The position numbers were made by a program, and so were the translations under genes. The notes below the pieces were generated by a model. The model saw nothing but the letters and a program-made list of their open reading frames with translations, ran no database searches and was not told the DNA's origin. Below are positions 59,327-64,000 of a DNA stretch of 64,000 nucleotides, one piece after another; the stretch's first letter is position 1; every line of letters begins with the position of its first letter. This DNA comes from Spirochaetia bacterium (GTDB lineage: Bacteria; Spirochaetota; Spirochaetia; CADAEX01): contig CAXXHA010000010.1 of NCBI GenBank assembly GCA_963662265.2, forward strand, positions 256,001-320,000. The letters are read 5' to 3'.

Positions 59327-60890
59327 AACTGTCATCCTTTACTATCTTTGTTTCAAGGACTTCACCCTTGAATATTTTTTTTACAAGTTCAACCTGTTCG
59401 CTGACTTCGCCGCTTTCAGAAGAATTATCCTCAGATTTCCCCTTTTCCTCAATTCTGACTTCTATTTTCAGGTTTTCTCCTGTTACCTTCTGAAGTTCTT
59501 CCGCGATTACAGTCTTTCCCCTGGTAAGGGTATCTGCTGAAAATTTATCATTGCAGAATATAATAAGTGTATCGCCCTTTTTTTCCCAGCTGCTGCTTTT
59601 TGATGCAGAGGAAGAGAGGGCAAAATCATGTTTTTTAATTTCAGAAGCTACCTGGTCCCTGTAGGCTGTATAATCCTCAGGTCCTGAGAGCTCTTCCTTC
59701 CCAGACTTGTTTTCGCTGTCAGGCTGAATACTCTTGAGGTCCAGAGTCTTCAGTTCATCTTTCAGACCCCTTATTTTTTTCAAGTATTGTCTTTTCACTG
59801 ATATAGCTGGACAGTGTTGCCAGCCTGCTGATAACAAGCTCAAGCTCAAATCTCTGGTTGAGAGAATACCTGATATCCCGGTAAAGCTTCAGAAGCAGGG
59901 AAAGAGCGTATTCTATCTGTTCAGATGAAAATGCTTTTACAGCTTTCTCGGAAAAGCGGTCTGCTGGAAACCCCAGAATTCCTTCCTTTCTTATACCTGC
60001 ATTTATCAGGAGAATATTTCTGAAATACTCGGTTAGCTCGATTACAAACTGCTCAACAGAAATTCCCCTGTCCAGAATGGAATTCACATAGTTCATTGAT
60101 TCTGAAACATCTGCATCGGCAAAAGTTTCAACTGTGCTGTTTATATCATCAAGACCTACAAGCCCGAGTTTCTCCTTGATTTTTTCAAGTGTGATTTCAT
60201 TGTCGGAAAAAGAAGCAACCTGGTCAAAAAGAGTATACGCATCCCGGAGAGATCCGGTTCCCTCCTTTGCTATCCAGAAAAGAGCATCGCTTTCCGCGCT
60301 TATATTGTTTTCCCCTGCAGACATCTTCAAGCAGCTGCTTGATAATCTCAAGAGAAATAAGCCTGAAGTTAAACTGCTGGCATCTTGATTTTATAGTTGC
60401 GGGAACCTTGTGAATTTCTGTAGTCGCAAAAATAAAAACAATATAGGGAGGAGGTTCTTCAATTGTCTTGAGAAGAGCATTGAAAGCGCTGTTTGACAGC
60501 ATATGAACTTCATCGATTATATATATTTTGTACCTGGAACTGTTGGGTGCAAAAAGAACTTCATCTTTTATCTCCCTCACATCATTTACAGATGTGTTTG
60601 ACGCTCCGTCGATTTCTATTACATCGAGCGAGTTTCCAGCGCTGATTTCCCTGCAGCTTGCACATTCCCCGCAGGGATTTTCCGCAGGCCATTTTTCACA
60701 ATTGATTGCTTTTGCAAGAATTCTCGCAGCAGATGTTTTTCCGACACCTCTGGGACCGGAAAAAAGATATGCATGCGCTATTCTGCTGTTTAAAACTGAT
60801 TTTTTCAGACTTGTAGCAACAAATTCCTGTCCTGCAAGCTGATCAAACGTAGTTGGTCTTTTTTTTGGATGCAGTTACTTCATATGCCAT
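59316..60890 (-). CDS. dnaX: DNA polymerase III subunit gamma/tau, with three apparent +1 frameshifts
   Basis: MAYEVTASKKRP start, GPRGVGKTS, IIDEVHMLS..AFNALLKTIEEPP, SRCQ, GSLRDA; extra bases at T8 60859-66, C4 60312-15 and T7 59774-80. Confidence 0.93.
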
Positions 60891-61152
60891 GATCTGTTAT
60901 TTACGGGCACCTCTAAATTAACATTTTATAAGATATTTTCCACGGAAAAATTCCGGGATAAATGAAACAATCAGAAAAACACGGAGTGCTTCTCTTCTTT
61001 ATTGAAATAATAACCTTAATTCCGCACTAAAGACAATCCCGTTTAAACAAACAATGGAAATCGGTAATAAAATAAAAAAGAATTTCTCTGTATCAGGAAA
61101 AATCCGTGCAGATTAACAGAAAAGTTTATAAAAAGAGCAAAAAAAAAACCTC

Positions 61153-61256
61153 CAGCTGTCAAGCTGGCTGTGTCACACTGCTCAGTCACTTACCGCTGCT
61201 ACCTTCCGGTCCTGACGGGGTTGGGTGAAAAGCAATTGCACAGGGCCTGACAACTG
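61153..61256 (-). ncRNA. ffs: Signal recognition particle RNA (small bacterial SRP/4.5S)
   Basis: Helix-8 motif TCAGGACCGGAAGGTAGCAGC within a long stem; upstream of dnaX. Confidence 0.93.
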
Positions 61257-61264
61257 AAGGAATA

Positions 61265-61349
61265 CGGAGAGAGGGGGATTCGAACCCCCGGTACCTTGCG
61301 GTACATACGCTTTCCAAGCGCACTCCTTCGGCCTCTCGGACATCTCTCC
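61265..61349 (-). tRNA. tRNA-Ser(GGA)
   Basis: TGCGC-TTGGAAA-GCGTA anticodon arm, long variable arm, GGTTCGAATCC. Confidence 0.97.
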
Positions 61350-61374
61350 TATTTCAGCCACTATCAATGTGTTC

Positions 61375-61513
61375 CGGAGAGAGAGGGATTTGCCTTACAA
61401 GTCCGGACGTCCTGTCCGACCTTTTCAGGCCGCTCGGCAAGCTGGCGCCCCGGCGTCCTGCCGGTCTTACCCTTTCGGGCGCTTGCAGGAGATCAAATCC
61501 CACTTCAACCTCC
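61375..61513 (-). ncRNA. Putative tRNA-linked structured RNA with two AGGAC-loop hairpins
   Basis: GGGATTTG/CAAATCCC closing stem, tRNA-Ser-like 3' end, CCGGC-AGGAC-GCCGG and CGGAC-AGGAC-GTCCG hairpins. Confidence 0.55.
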
Positions 61514-61562
61514 GTATTTAAGGCAAAAAGCATGATTGTTGCTTATCTGCCACAGATAAAAA

Positions 61563-61650
61563 CGAGAGAGAGAGGGATTTGAACCCTCGGAACTGTAAAC
61601 AGCTCAACGGATTTCGAATCCGCCCGATTCAGCCACTCTCGCATCTCTCC
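61563..61650 (-). tRNA. tRNA-Ser(CGA)
   Basis: GCGGA-TTCGAAA-TCCGT anticodon arm; the 3' acceptor strand seems to carry one extra base. Confidence 0.92.
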
Positions 61651-61660
61651 AAGCGAAAAG

Positions 61661-61734
61661 TGTGCCCAAGAGGATTCGAACCTCCGACCTTTAGATCCGC
61701 AATCTAATGCTCTATCCAGCTGAGCTATGGGCAC
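61661..61734 (-). tRNA. tRNA-Arg(GCG)
   Basis: TTAGA-TTGCGGA-TCTAA anticodon arm; GTGCCCA/TGGGCAC acceptor stem. Confidence 0.96.
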
Positions 61735-61852
61735 AAGTAAAAAAGTATTGCCCCGAAAAATACTGCACAGGTTAGAACCTGAATCAATACATACCTGATA
61801 TCTCAAAGCAGGACGTTGTGTTAATTATATGCAGCATTTGGATAAAAAAAAA

Positions 61853-61940
61853 CGGAGAGGGAGGGATTCGAACCCTCGGTACCCGCAATGGATACAACTC
61901 CTTAGCAGGGAGCCCGATTCAACCACTCTCGCACCTCTCC
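61853..61940 (-). tRNA. tRNA-Ser(GCT)
   Basis: GCTCC-CTGCTAA-GGAGT anticodon arm, long variable arm. Confidence 0.97.
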
Positions 61941-61960
61941 AGTGAATCCGAAAAATTATA

Positions 61961-62045
61961 CGGAGAAGGTGGGATTCGAACCCACGGACGCTTGCACGTC
62001 AACAGTTTTCAAGACTGCCTCCTTCGACCACTCGGACACCTCTCC
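61961..62045 (-). tRNA. tRNA-Ser(TGA)
   Basis: GCAGT-CTTGAAA-ACTGT anticodon arm, long variable arm. Confidence 0.97.
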
Positions 62046-62060
62046 ATCAATTGCCTTTGC

Positions 62061-62089
62061 AATATATATAATTATCATTTGTTTGTCAA
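62061..62089 (-). promoter_or_regulatory. sigma70 promoter of the tRNA/SRP operon
   Basis: TTGACA-17 bp-TATATT about 15 nt upstream of tRNA-Ser(TGA). Confidence 0.75.
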
Positions 62090-62277
62090 TAATGATAATT
62101 AATTTAAATCACCAGCCATATTTCTGATTCTGATATCCAGTCATGATTTATTGATTATATCAGCAGAAATCAGATTTTTGCAGGAATAACTGCAAGCTTC
62201 TTCTGATTCCATCAAACCCCGGGCTGAGATTCATAACACGGCAAAAATAATTACACATATGAAAATCAGAACAAGAA

Positions 62278-64000
62278 TCAGCATATAACAGTGTCTCTTC
62301 CATGCTCTTTGGCAATATAGAGTTTTCTGTCAACATCAATAATCATTTTATCTGCGTAATCATAGTCTGTGTTATCTGTTGAGACAATTCCAATACTTGC
62401 TGTAAGGAATTTAGAAACAGCGCTGCCTGAATGCACAATTTCAGCAGATACAAGCTTCTCCCTTATTTTTTCCGCAACAACAGATGCCCCTTCCAGATCT
62501 GTATCAAGAAGTAGCAGAATAAACTCCTCCCCGCCATATCTGAAAACAGTGTCTGTTTTCCTGGAAACTGCATCGCAGAGAATATCTGCGAATTTCTTCA
62601 GACACTTATCTCCCGCAACATGCCCGTAGGTATCGTTATAAGCCTTGAAAAAATCTATATCTGCCATTAAAAGGGAAACCGGCATACCCAGCCCTTTTAT
62701 GAAGGTGCCAGCCGTTCTCAATAGTTTCCCGGAAGTGATGCCTGTTGTAAACTCCTGTAAGGGGATCAATCCTTATAAGACGGTCAAGTTCGCAGTTTGC
62801 ATCAATAAGTTCATTTTTCAGGCGGTTCTCTTCCCTGAGCCTTTTTACACTTTCCTTTCCCCTCACAATCATTATTATTGAATAAAAAACAGTGATTAAA
62901 GCTGTCAAATAAAGAATATAGGCATAAAAGCTTCTGTAAAAAGGAGGCGATATTACAATATCCATATATGGTTCATCACTGCTTATTTTGCCGCTGCTGT
63001 TTGAACCTTTAACCCTGAAAGAATATCTGCCGGGAGGAATATTGGTATAATTTGCATAATTATTATTGCCTGATGAAACCCAATTCATTATCAAATCCCT
63101 CAAGTATATATTCATACCTGTTATTAAGCGGGGATGTATAATCGAGAGCAGCAAAATTAAAAGAAAATGAGTTGTCGCTCCAGGGAAGCTCAATTACACC
63201 GGGATTAAAGACAGTATGTCCCCTGTCGAAAACATATTCCTTCCTGAAAACTTTAAAGCTGCTTATAACAACACGCGGATCATAATTCCGAATAAAATAA
63301 GACTCTGTATCGATTTTATAGATAACTCCGGAAGCAGATATGTAGAAGTTGCCGTCTCCATCCTTCTCGATATCCCCTTTTAGCTCCTGATCATCCATGC
63401 CAAACTGATACGACAGGGTAAAGATCCTGTTCTCCCTCCTGTCTATAACTGAAAGCCCCTTGTTTGTCGTAACTACTATATTTCCCCGTCTGTCTTCCGA
63501 TATTCCGGTAATATTATTGCTCTGAAGACCATTTTCTTTTGTAAAATGATGAAAGTTTTCAGATTCATAATTATACCGGTTCAATCCTCCGCCTGAAGTT
63601 CCTAACCACATATCCCCGGCTGAATCTTTAAATATCTTGATTATCACATTATTGGAAATACCCTCACCCCTGTCATGATCATACAGAAAAGACCTTATTT
63701 TACCGGTTTCAATATCATATATATTCAGCCCGAAATTTGTTCCTATCCAGATATTGCCGAATTTATCATCATTTATATCAAAAACCATCTGGTCGGTAAT
63801 TCTGAAACCATCCTCTCCTTCAGGATAATAATGAACAGTGCTGCCCGATTTAACATCCCAGAGATAAACACCGTTAAGGTATGAACCAATCCAGAACCTT
63901 CCCTGTTTATCCTCAAAAATTGCATATATTATATCATTTTCCGGACTTCCGGCAGACTCATTGCCTGTCACATCAACAATCTCTTCTCCATCAAAAGAAT
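62278..64000 (-). CDS. Diguanylate cyclase with two-component-regulator beta-propeller and Y_Y_Y sensor (5' end outside the window; two +1 frameshifts)
   Basis: Propeller repeats (G.FWIGS, WIGT.GL, WLGTSGGGL), Y_Y_Y (YTNIPPGRYSFRVKG), TM helix, DPLTG, DIDFFKAYNDTYGH, RYGGEEF; junctions near 63082 and 62693. Confidence 0.88.

Noticed and set aside
59316-60890. dnaX as a true pseudogene
   Set aside because: The gene is essential, its motifs are intact and all breaks are +1 in homopolymers, which is typical of long-read error.
61182-62127. Short ORFs across the tRNA cluster
   Set aside because: They overlap tRNA and SRP genes and are spurious.

Overview
AT-rich bacterial chromosomal segment, most likely from a free-living spirochaete (Spirochaetia). 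This is inferred from the rplM-rpsI-recX order, archaeal-type PyrH, tRNA-Arg(GCG) and the pyrG-lptCAB-rpoN-hpf-hprK-HPr-lexA-holA block. Most of the window is housekeeping: glgB 5' end, rplM/rpsI, pcrA, rimO, rodZ, lolA, pyrH, uvrC, ntrYX, cheRB, pth, recR-ybaB-dnaX, SRP RNA and six tRNAs. No integrase, transposase or CRISPR array was seen. Main discoveries: (1) an accessory exopolysaccharide locus at 21.3-30.8 kb (HEAT-GT2 synthase fusion, a triple-degenerate ODP/GGDEF/REC protein, a secreted deacetylase, a six-hairpin glycosidase-like protein and a TPR/beta-barrel exporter) flanked by an HD-GYP phosphodiesterase; (2) a 120-aa protein that aligns by eye to the eukaryotic phosphohistidine phosphatase PHPT1 (Janus/Ocnus family); (3) two non-coding elements built of hairpins with A(N)GGAY loops resembling CsrA-binding sites, one intergenic and one tRNA-like inside the tRNA-Ser operon; (4) several apparently leaderless genes. 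Seven +1 indels, mostly in homopolymers and including three in dnaX, suggest long-read assembly errors. All family assignments come from motif recognition by eye, not database searches.
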